This document shows positions 49,807-59,400 of a stretch of DNA of 64,000 nucleotides, piece by piece; position 1 is the first letter of the stretch, and each line of letters starts with the position of its first letter. The translations under genes were made by a program, and so were the position numbers. The stretch lies in NCBI GenBank assembly GCA_951813565.1, contig OX638351.1:3776001-3840000 (forward strand), read 5' to 3'. Origin of the DNA: an uncultured Poribacteria bacterium. Lineage in GTDB: Bacteria > Poribacteria > WGA-4E > WGA-3G. The notes beneath the pieces are model-generated. The model did not search any database. It was not told the origin of the DNA and was given only the letters and a program-made list of their open reading frames with translations.

Positions 49807-52800
49807 CTATTCATCAAGGGCGAAACGTAGCACACCCCGTCTGAATGTGCCAACATAGAGCGTATTCCCATCAACATCAAGACAAGAAACAGGATACGGA
49901 ATTTCTGGAGTGACTTGATGCCAAGTGTCTGAACCCTCCTGCAGTTGATATACTTTTCGCCTTGCAGTGCTGTAAACCGTTGTGCCATCCACAGCAAACC
50001 TAACCACGACAAGAGGAATTCCCTCTGCGTCAGTAAGCGTCTGCCAGTCAGTGCCATTTCTTGACCGAATAACACCTTTGTCGGTTGCCACATAAACAGA
50101 GTTTCCAACGAAAGTTATTGCATTGAAACGTCCAACAGAAAATGGTAGATTTTCGGTAACATCGTTCCAAGTGTCGCCTTCATCAAACGATTGCATGAGG
50201 CGTCCATCCCGTTTGCCGACGTAAACAGTTTTTCCTGAAACGGCAAACCATAAATTCTTGGCAATGACAAATTTGGAATTTAAGTCTATATGAATAGGTT
50301 TATCTATATCCGATATTCCTGTGTTGTACCAATTCAGGGATCCAATACGCCATCTGAAGAGTTCGTTTTGATATTCTAAGTAGTAAGCTGTGTCTGTAAC
50401 CGAGAAATTTCCAAGATGTGCCACAATTAGAAATTGGTTTTCGTTTTGACTAAGCTCAATCCACTCATGCGAAAATTGGCTCTTTGTCAAACCGAGTACA
50501 TTTTTCAAAACGGGTACTCTTGGAATATCTGTGAAGCTATTTCCTTCGGAAGACAATCGCAAAAAACGAGATGTACCTTTTCTACCTATACTGGCATAGA
50601 GTTCTCCATTGAATACTTCAATGTGTGTGAAGTCACTCGTATCGTTGGAAAAGGGTATCCATGATTCTCCATCATCAATAGAATACACAAGTCCAGTTTC
50701 TGTGTTCGCGTAAAGAGTCCCGTTAAGAACAATTAATTGTTGGACATTCGTATTCACAAGTCCGGTATTAAATTGATGCCACGACTTACCACTATCAGTT
50801 GAGCGATGAATCCCGTGAGTACCGCTTCTAAAGATAGTAGTTGCATTCAACATTACTGCCCCGGTAGCACTACTAATTTTGTCAGCCCCAACTTCAACTG
50901 TCGCCTTTTTTCCAGCATCAATTGAGTAGAATTCGCCTGCAGCTAAAGATGTCCACTCCTCACCAGCATCAATTGAGTAGAAGTGATCCTCACCGTCCAT
51001 CACCATCACTTTTACTCCGGATGCGGTAATCTTGGGAATTGAATTTTCCGCATTTGCCCATTGTATTTCTGATATTGCATAAGTGCTGTCTGGTAATTTA
51101 TTCACCTGTGGTTCTCTCTTTGGAGAACGACGGTTTTGAAGCTGTTTCTTGTCAGGAGAATCATACCTCGGAGTTATAGATTTCCACGAATTACCACGGT
51201 CGGTTGAGTGAAAAAGGGACCAAGCGATTCTTAGGGCTTCATTTCCCCTTAATTCTATCCAGCCTGGCAATTGTTTATCAGAAGGTGGAATAACAGTTGT
51301 GATGATACTTTCTGAACCGACTTTATATAATAGACCATCAGAAAATATCACTCCTTCCATTATTGCTGCAACATAGAGATGATTTTCTGTAACTACTAAC
51401 GCTACGATATCAAGTGTCTCATCTTGTGCATCCTCAGGATTGATAGATACTTGCTCCCACGTATCAGAATTAAGACGAAAGAGTCCTTTATCGGTACCCG
51501 CAAAGACAGTATTCTCAATCGCGGCGATTGCTTTAATTTTCTTGTCTTTTAGACCTTCGGGTAGTAGGGTCCACGATTTACCTGCATTATCCGTACGGAA
51601 TACTACGTTAGTATACGCAAGGTAGATAGTCATGTCGCTTAGTGCACCTGGAATTCCATCTGTTATTACCATATCAACAAGTGGTCCTTCTATAGACTCA
51701 CAGAGTGTCTCCCATGTTTCTCCTCTATCTGTAGAAGCCAGTATCTCATTCATGGTCGCGAGGTAGAGCGTATCCTGACGTTCTACTACGGGCCACCACA
51801 TTGGACTGGGTGTCAGTAAAGTGTGTGAAGGTCCCTTAGTGTTATTAATAAGTTTCCACGCAGTACCATCATCTGTGAGTCTGTATAAACCGTGTCGTGT
51901 GCCTGCGAACACGTCCCCACGGGTTGTTGTGAAGAGCCCAGACACTAAACCGCCTTCCGGTCCTTTCGTTTGTACCCACTGTTGTTTTGCGTTTGAAACC
52001 TCAGTTTCATCTGCGTTCGCTGCAGCGAATAGTGGATCATCAGGTTTCTGTCCTACCCCATTGCTCTTACCTGTTAAATCCACATGTCCAACTTGATTTC
52101 TCACTGCAGGTTTTGCTGGAGAATCAATGACAAGTTGTGCTTCTGATATTTCAATTGTTCGTTCTGATTGTGCGTTTAAGTTATACGGCTTTTGAAAATC
52201 ACTAAGACGTTGTGTGCCAATTCCCATCAGCAATAGCACTAAGACTGCAGAGGCAGCAGACATTGCTAACGGCACAAGTGGCTTACTGCCTGAAGGTGCG
52301 ACCGGATTAAGTCGTGAAATTTCTTTCATAATGTTTTCTGTCATTTGTGTTGGCAGTTGGAAACTACTAAGGTTTTCTTTAATCATTGTTTCCTCTTTCT
52401 TTAATCGGTTGCGGGCGCGGCTAAGACGGCTCCTAACAGTATTTGGGGATACACCGAGAAACTCGCTAATAGATTCACACTTCATTTCTCCAAGATAGTG
52501 AAGCGTCATCACTGTTCGTTCGCTTTCTGGCAATTTTTTGAGCAAATCTCTAACCAGTTCACGCCGAATTTCGTTAGCATCTGCCTCTCGCTGTTCTTCC
52601 ACGTATTGTGTATATGCCACTTGGTCCACCTCTTTGCTATCAACGGTTTCTAAGGATTGTATCGGCAGGCGTTTCTTTCGGAGCCATTCATTACACAGGT
52701 TAGTGGCAATAACATAGAGCCACCCACAAAATAGGTTGTGATTTTTCAAAGTTCCGAGTTTTTGATATGCCCTAAGAAAAACGTCCTGTGTAATTTCCTG

Positions 52801-52935
52801 TGCGATATGAAAATCACCAATTTTCTGCCATGCCAGCGCGTGTACGCCCTTTTGATATTTTTCTACTAAGGCGGTGAACGCTGATTGATCACCGTCTAAT
52901 GTACGCTGAATCAGTTCAGCATCCTTCTTTTTCAT
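49807..52935 (-). CDS. ECF sigma factor fused via a TM helix to a BNR/Asp-box beta-propeller
   Basis: AQEITQDVFLRAY and TVRSRLSRAR sigma motifs, a TM, and S.D.G..W repeats; GGAGG RBS. Confidence 0.9.
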   Translation of the reverse strand: MKKKDAELIQRTLDGDQSAFTALVEKYQKGVHALAWQKIGDFHIAQEITQDVFLRAYQKLGTLKNHNLFCGWLYVIATNLCNEWLRKKRLPIQSLETVDSKEVDQVAYTQYVEEQREADANEIRRELVRDLLKKLPESERTVMTLHYLGEMKCESISEFLGVSPNTVRSRLSRARNRLKKEETMIKENLSSFQLPTQMTENIMKEISRLNPVAPSGSKPLVPLAMSAASAVLVLLLMGIGTQRLSDFQKPYNLNAQSERTIEISEAQLVIDSPAKPAVRNQVGHVDLTGKSNGVGQKPDDPLFAAANADETEVSNAKQQWVQTKGPEGGLVSGLFTTTRGDVFAGTRHGLYRLTDDGTAWKLINNTKGPSHTLLTPSPMWWPVVERQDTLYLATMNEILASTDRGETWETLCESIEGPLVDMVITDGIPGALSDMTIYLAYTNVVFRTDNAGKSWTLLPEGLKDKKIKAIAAIENTVFAGTDKGLFRLNSDTWEQVSINPEDAQDETLDIVALVVTENHLYVAAIMEGVIFSDGLLYKVGSESIITTVIPPSDKQLPGWIELRGNEALRIAWSLFHSTDRGNSWKSITPRYDSPDKKQLQNRRSPKREPQVNKLPDSTYAISEIQWANAENSIPKITASGVKVMVMDGEDHFYSIDAGEEWTSLAAGEFYSIDAGKKATVEVGADKISSATGAVMLNATTIFRSGTHGIHRSTDSGKSWHQFNTGLVNTNVQQLIVLNGTLYANTETGLVYSIDDGESWIPFSNDTSDFTHIEVFNGELYASIGRKGTSRFLRLSSEGNSFTDIPRVPVLKNVLGLTKSQFSHEWIELSQNENQFLIVAHLGNFSVTDTAYYLEYQNELFRWRIGSLNWYNTGISDIDKPIHIDLNSKFVIAKNLWFAVSGKTVYVGKRDGRLMQSFDEGDTWNDVTENLPFSVGRFNAITFVGNSVYVATDKGVIRSRNGTDWQTLTDAEGIPLVVVRFAVDGTTVYSTARRKVYQLQEGSDTWHQVTPEIPYPVSCLDVDGNTLYVGTFRRGVLRFALDE

Positions 52936-53143
52936 GGGAATCCTCCGGAGTTTTAGCATCCCTTGATTAATTAGACGCATCTTAGATCGTAAAATGTTGC
53001 ATTTTTTTTATGGTGAGCAGAAAATTAAATAATTTTCAATTTGTTGGCAATTATGTTATACTTTCATGCTATACTTTAATAGAAGCACACTGTAATGAAA
53101 AGGATTTTATAACCTTATATATTCACTTGGGTGGAGGAAAGGA

Positions 53144-53944
53144 ATGGAACAACTGATAACAGATGAGCAGTGGGAACATTTTACGGAACACGGTTATGTT
53201 CGCATAGGGCAAGTTGCCACTGATGACGAATTAGCACAGTTGCAACAACGGATGGACGACATCATGCTCGGCAAGGCACCACTTGATTATAACCAAATCA
53301 TGATGCAACTTGACAGAGCACCGGGAACAAACGCACCCGGTCCGCAGTCGGCAGGACATAAGGGCGCAACGCTATTGTATCGGAAAATACAGAATCTCGA
53401 ATTTGATCCATACTTTTTAACGTATCTCCAGAATCCTATATTCAAGGAAGTTTGTGCGAAAATCTATGGGGATGGCGTCCCAATACTATGTTTTCGTGCG
53501 ATGTTTATGAACAAACCTGCACGCGAAGGCACTTATCTTGTTTGGCATCAGGACAGATGGACAGACCTTGACCGGGACCCGCAAATTACCATCTATACCG
53601 CCTTGGATCCAGCAACGATCGAAAACGGTTGTGTGCACATTATTCCCGGCTCACACAGCGCTCTTATTAATCCCGGCCACGGTTCCGGATTTCTGACACA
53701 AGAACAAATTGACGACATCGTTGAGAACGCCACACCTCTGCCATTAGAATTGAAGGCAGGTGAGGTGGTCTTACTACATAATTGGATGCTTCACAGTTCC
53801 GGCACAAATCAGACTGATATCCCTCGACGCGCTTTTAGTGTGTGCTACATGCATGGCGACACGCGTTCGCATCGCGGTGGATCTTTTAGACGTGTTTTTG
53901 GTGAAGGTGCGTTGAGTGTGGAAGATTTAGCGAAAACTGCTTAG
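53144..53944 (+). CDS. Phytanoyl-CoA dioxygenase (PhyH) family protein
   Basis: WHQD, ENGC..IIPGSH and LHSS...RR motifs. Confidence 0.92.
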   Translation: MEQLITDEQWEHFTEHGYVRIGQVATDDELAQLQQRMDDIMLGKAPLDYNQIMMQLDRAPGTNAPGPQSAGHKGATLLYRKIQNLEFDPYFLTYLQNPIFKEVCAKIYGDGVPILCFRAMFMNKPAREGTYLVWHQDRWTDLDRDPQITIYTALDPATIENGCVHIIPGSHSALINPGHGSGFLTQEQIDDIVENATPLPLELKAGEVVLLHNWMLHSSGTNQTDIPRRAFSVCYMHGDTRSHRGGSFRRVFGEGALSVEDLAKTA

Positions 53945-53999
53945 GGCAATTTCACATTTTACTTTTCGGACTAATACATTATAACAATTAGGAGTAATT

Positions 54000-55004
54000 A
54001 TGTCAAAAATTCGGCTCGCCATGATTGGATGTGGCGGCAACTCTTCAGGACACGCGCGGCGAATGAACGGAAATCTTGATGTGCAGATTGTCGGCACATG
54101 CGATGTCCATACTGACATTGCCGACGGTTATATTGATCGCAATTTGTCTGACCTTACCCCGCGTCCCGGTGCTTATGATGATATAGCGAAGATGCTTAAA
54201 GAAACAAAGCCGGATGCAGTGGTAATTTCTACGCCGCATACGTTACACTTTGAACAGGGCATGCAAGCACTTGAAGCGGGATGCCACGTTTTAATGGAAA
54301 AACCGATGGTCACCTCTTCCGAAGATGCGTATACACTTGCTGAAAAGGTTGAAGAGACAGGGCTTATATTGACAATTGGTTACAATACACCATGTTCGGC
54401 TAACTTTCATTATATTCGCGAGATTGTCCGCAACGGTGAATTTGGTAAACTGGAGTTGGTAATCGGTTATATTACACAAAATTGGAAAAGCGCGACAATA
54501 GGTGCATGGCGGCAGAAACTGGCACTTTCTGGTGGCGGACAGGCTTACGATAGTGGTGCACACCTCCTTAATAGTCTCTGCTGGACAGTGGAAGCGAAGG
54601 TTGAAGAAGTTTATGCTTATACCGACAATATGGATACGGAAGTAGACATTAATTCGTCGATTAACATCAAATTTGAAAACGGTGTGCTTGCGTCAATGGT
54701 GATAAGCGGGAATTGTCCGAGTCCTGGTGGCACACACATGGCACTCATTTTTGACAACGGCAGAATTGAAGTTGATGGCTGGGGTGGCGGCTGGATTCGT
54801 GTTTGGAAAGGTGGTGAGGCATTAGATCCGCCTCCGATTACACCTGAAATGTCTGCGGGGAATCCGGATGACAATTTTATTGATGCTATCTTGGGGAGGG
54901 TGGAACCGCGCACCAATCCAATGAACGGTATTATTCAATCTGAACTGATGGATCTGATTTACGAATCTGCGGAAACGAAGATACCTGCGCGTCCGAAACG
55001 GTAA
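54000..55004 (+). CDS. Gfo/Idh/MocA oxidoreductase
   Basis: IGCGG, EKPM and GGGQAYDSGAH motifs. Confidence 0.92.
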   Translation: MSKIRLAMIGCGGNSSGHARRMNGNLDVQIVGTCDVHTDIADGYIDRNLSDLTPRPGAYDDIAKMLKETKPDAVVISTPHTLHFEQGMQALEAGCHVLMEKPMVTSSEDAYTLAEKVEETGLILTIGYNTPCSANFHYIREIVRNGEFGKLELVIGYITQNWKSATIGAWRQKLALSGGGQAYDSGAHLLNSLCWTVEAKVEEVYAYTDNMDTEVDINSSINIKFENGVLASMVISGNCPSPGGTHMALIFDNGRIEVDGWGGGWIRVWKGGEALDPPPITPEMSAGNPDDNFIDAILGRVEPRTNPMNGIIQSELMDLIYESAETKIPARPKR

Positions 55005-55063
55005 AATGATTATCAGGAAACCAGGCAATTAGGATATTGCTGGATACATTTTGGGAGGGAGTA

Positions 55064-55306
55064 ATGGGTTTGTTCTACATTTTTCTAATGCCTTTTCCAG
55101 TAATAATTGGAATTTTCGTGTATATGTTCCTTTTTTCTGAATTAGATATATGGAGCTTAAGTTACACAGAAACCGATAGATTCGGACGTAGATACCGTAG
55201 GAAATTGTTTTATCCTGGACGATTCTGCATAGGGTGTGGGAGAAGGATAATAACAAATATTCCTAAGTGTCCTTCGTGTAATCGCTATTTTTCAAAAGAC
55301 AGTTAG
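55064..55306 (+). CDS. Small membrane protein with a C-terminal zinc ribbon
   Basis: GGAGG RBS, one TM, CIGC...CPSC. Confidence 0.6.
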   Translation: MGLFYIFLMPFPVIIGIFVYMFLFSELDIWSLSYTETDRFGRRYRRKLFYPGRFCIGCGRRIITNIPKCPSCNRYFSKDS

Positions 55307-55392
55307 GGGAAGAAGATTCATCAGAGAAATTATTTTAAAATCCCATTTTCACATTTTTGTTTCACACTAAATCATTCCCATTGGAAAACAAT

Positions 55393-56346
55393 ATGTCAAA
55401 AACCTCAAATCAAGGTTCAGAACAGGTATCTGAAGATCAAAACTTTAGGTCCGGATATGTAAGTATCATCGGTGCGCCGAACGTTGGTAAATCTACACTG
55501 CTTAACACCATCTTAGGTCAGAAGTTAGCGATAGTCACGCCAAAACCGCAAACAACCCGAAATCAGATTCGCGGGATTGTTACGGCCGACACACATCAGA
55601 TGGTTTTCGTTGATACTCCGGGACTGATGGATCCGAAGTATCGTTTGCAATCAGAAATGGTTCGGACTGCTTATGGGGCTTTACGGGATGCGGATATAGT
55701 TCTGTTCGTCATTGATGTCGCACACCCAAATGATGAGATTGAAGACACGATTATAGAACGTCTCCCTCGCGCCAAAGTTGCCAAAACTATTCTTGTTCTT
55801 AATAAGGTAGATATGGTCGATAAACTGACACTTCTACCTATTTTTGAGAATTTCAGTGAGAAGTTTGAATTTGATGATATGATACCGATCTCCGCTAAAA
55901 CCGGTGATGGGGTGCCGATCCTCCTTGAACAGGTTGGTTCATATTTGCCGCCGGGACCTCTTTTTTTTCCGGAAGATCAACTCAGCGACCTCCCCGAACG
56001 TTTTTTCATCTCCGAAACAGTCAGAGAGAAAATTATGCTTATCACGCAACGGGAGGTACCCTATGCGTCTGCGGTTGTCGTTGAGGAATTTGAAAAAAGA
56101 CAACGCCGCAACGCAGAAGAGATCATTTACATTAGAGCAATCGTTTATGCTGAAAAGCAAACACAAAAGCAAATAATTATTGGTAAAGGTGGAAAGTTGA
56201 TTAAACGAATTGGTGAATTAGCACGTCTTGATATAGAGAAGTTCTTGGATGCTTCAGTCTATTTGGAATTATATGTAACTGTTAAAGCGGATTGGCGTAG
56301 AGACGTACAAAAACTCAGAGAGTTAGGCGGTTTTTTAGAACTATAG
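55393..56346 (+). CDS. era: GTPase Era
   Basis: GAPNVGKS, PQTTR, DTPG, NKVD, EVPY and IIGKGG (KH) motifs. Confidence 0.96.
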   Translation: MSKTSNQGSEQVSEDQNFRSGYVSIIGAPNVGKSTLLNTILGQKLAIVTPKPQTTRNQIRGIVTADTHQMVFVDTPGLMDPKYRLQSEMVRTAYGALRDADIVLFVIDVAHPNDEIEDTIIERLPRAKVAKTILVLNKVDMVDKLTLLPIFENFSEKFEFDDMIPISAKTGDGVPILLEQVGSYLPPGPLFFPEDQLSDLPERFFISETVREKIMLITQREVPYASAVVVEEFEKRQRRNAEEIIYIRAIVYAEKQTQKQIIIGKGGKLIKRIGELARLDIEKFLDASVYLELYVTVKADWRRDVQKLRELGGFLEL

Positions 56347-56485
56347 TAAAAGAAAATTATATAATTTACTAAAGTAAGTTCCTACCATAAGTTAGGGATA
56401 GCAGTCGGTAATCGGAACCCGTCAGCAAAAGGTTTCCAATACCAATCCGAAGTCCGGCAGCTAAAAAGAAGAGGGAAATAATGCT

Positions 56486-59400
56486 ATGGCAGACGCGTCA
56501 ATTGACATCCACGGCGCACGAGAACATAACCTTAAAAATATTGATATTCAACTCCCAAAAGATAAACTGATAGTTTTCACTGGCGTTAGCGGTTCAGGTA
56601 AATCCTCACTTGCAATTGATACGCTATATGCCGAAGGACAAAGACGATATATAGAATCACTTTCTGCTTATGCACGGCAATTTTTAGGACAACTCGGTAA
56701 AGCAGAAGTTGACAAGATTATCGGTTTGTCACCCTCTATCGCTATCAATCAAGGTTCCACTGGACATAATCCCCGTTCAACGGTTGCGACTGTAACCGAA
56801 ATTTACGATTATCTTCGTGTTCTTTTTGCCCGCGCAGGAGAATTTCACTGTCTTGAATGTGGACAACAGGTCGGTTCACAAACAATTGCAGATATCGTTT
56901 CGCGGATCCTGAGTTTCCCACCACGCACGCGTCTCATGATTTTAGCACCTATCGTCAGAGGTAGACGCGGCGAATATCGAAAAGAGTTGTCAGACGCACG
57001 TAAGATGGGCTTCGTTCGCGCCCGAATTGATGGGGAAGTACACGAAATTAGTTCCAACATTGCTCTCAATCCGAATCAAACCCATAACATTGATATTGTC
57101 GTTGATAGGATTATCATTAAAGAAAATATCCATAGTCGCGTTGCTGATGCAGTTGAAACAGCGCTTTCCCTCGGAGATGATAGTTTAATTGTGAATGTTG
57201 TGTCTTCAGAAAGCAACACCTCTCGCAAGGCATCAGAAGGTGAAGATTTGCTGTTTAGTAGACAGTATGCCTGTGCAAACTGTCAAATTAGTTACGATGT
57301 ACCTGAGCCTCGCCATTTTTCTTACAACAGTCCTTACGGGATGTGTGAACAGTGCCGAGGATTGGGTGTGCAAATGGCAATTTCACCTAAACTAATTATA
57401 GCAGATGAAACACTTCCTATTTTGGAAGGGGCGATAATCTTATGGAAAAAACCCGGTCATGAAGAAAGGATGGTAGCTCAGTCCCTTGCATCACATTTAA
57501 AGTTTAAACTAAAAACGCCTTGGAAGGATCTGAAACCGGAGCAGCAGCATGCTGTCCTTTATGGGACAGGTGATAACGTGCTTACTTTTCGTCAACCTGC
57601 AAAGGATAGTAGGCGGCGTGGAAGACGTTTTCGCGGTAGATTTCAAGGACTGATCCCAGCGCATGAACAACGATTTCTCTCGTTAGACGTAGACGAAGAA
57701 GGGGATTCTCACCTTCCTGATTACTTTGTTAAGATGGAGTGCAGAGAGTGTAGTGGAACTCGCTTGCAGCAAGGGGTTAAAGCCATCACCATAGCAAACA
57801 TCAACATCACGGATGTACTGAATATGTCAATTCAAGACGCCACGTCCTTCTTTAATACCCTTGAACTCCCAGATCGCGAGGCTTTCATCGCTTCAGAACT
57901 GTTAAAAGAAATTCGCTCACGTTTAGGATTTCTGATGGACGTAGGTTTAGGATATCTAACACTGTCTCGTTCTGCCCCGACATTATCCGGTGGTGAGGCA
58001 CAACGGATCCGACTTGCCAGTCAAGTTGGAGCGGGTTTACGCGATGTGACTTATGTCCTTGATGAACCCAGTATTGGATTACACCCTCGTGACCATGCTG
58101 GTTTGCTGAAAACCCTGATGAATCTCCGTAATCAGGGTAATACCGTTATTGTCGTTGAACATGATGAAGCGACTATGTTGGTGGCAGATTGGATAGTCGA
58201 CTTCGGTCCTGGTGCTGGTATTAGAGGCGGTGAAATAACTGGTATGGGAACGCCGCAACAATTGATAGAAGGGAACGACTCACTTACAGCACAATATTTG
58301 CGCGGTGAAAAAGAGATTGTGCATCCCGAAGTGAGGCGTGCAACAGGTGAAAAGTGGGTGCAAATCTGCAATGCACGCCAAAACAACCTTAAAGAGATTA
58401 GCCCCAAAATCCCTGTGGGCACCCTCTGCTGTGTAACAGGTGTAAGCGGTTCCGGTAAAAGTTCGCTCATCCACGATATTCTCTACAGTGCACTTGCACG
58501 CGACCTCATGAAAGCAAAGACCGTGCCGGGTGACTACGACAACATTCAGGGTATTATTGAAGACGAAACTGTACCGGTATCTGATGTTATTGATAAAATT
58601 ATTAATATTGACATGGCGCCTATTGGACGGACGCCGCGTTCTAATCCAGCTACCTATACAAAGGTATTTGATGCAATCCGGGCCTTCTATACGAATTTAC
58701 CTGATGCTAAACTACGTGGATATAAAGCTGGGCGATTTAGTTTCAACGTTCCTGGGGGAAGATGTGAGGCATGCAGCGGCAATGGAGCAAAAAAAGTTGA
58801 CATGGGATTGCTGGCTGATGTTTGGGTGGAGTGTGACGTATGTAACGGCAAACGTTATAATAATGAAACACTCACTATTAAATATAAAGAGAAAAATATC
58901 TCTGATGTCCTTGAAATGGATGTTGAGGCTGCACTCACCCATTTTGCAGACCTGCCCAAAATAGCAAGAGGATTACAATTACTTCACGATGTTGGTTTGG
59001 ACTACCTCAAACTTGGACAACCTGCGCCTACGCTTTCAGGTGGCGAAGCACAACGGATTAAACTCTCAAAAGAACTTTCCAAACGCAGCACTGGCAAAAC
59101 ACTCTACATTCTTGATGAACCCACTACTGGCTTGCATTTCGACGATGTGAACAAACTGTTGACTATTCTCCATAGGTTAGTTGACGAAGGGAACACTGTG
59201 GTGGTGGTAGAACACAACCTTGAAGTCATCAATTCAGCAGATTATCTAATTGATTTAGGTCCGGAAGGAGGTGTCGGTGGCGGCACGGTCGTTGCAGTAG
59301 GCACCCCCGAAGAAGTTGCTGATATGCCGGAATCTTATACAGGGAAAGCGCTTTGCGGGGAATACGAACTCTGGAAAACTAAGGACACAGAACAGAAAAT

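Noticed and set aside
50911..50982. 20-nt direct repeat (FYSIDAG twice) as a DGR-like template/variable pair
   Set aside because: It is a short intragenic duplication in a repeat protein, with no reverse transcriptase and no adenine-specific variation.
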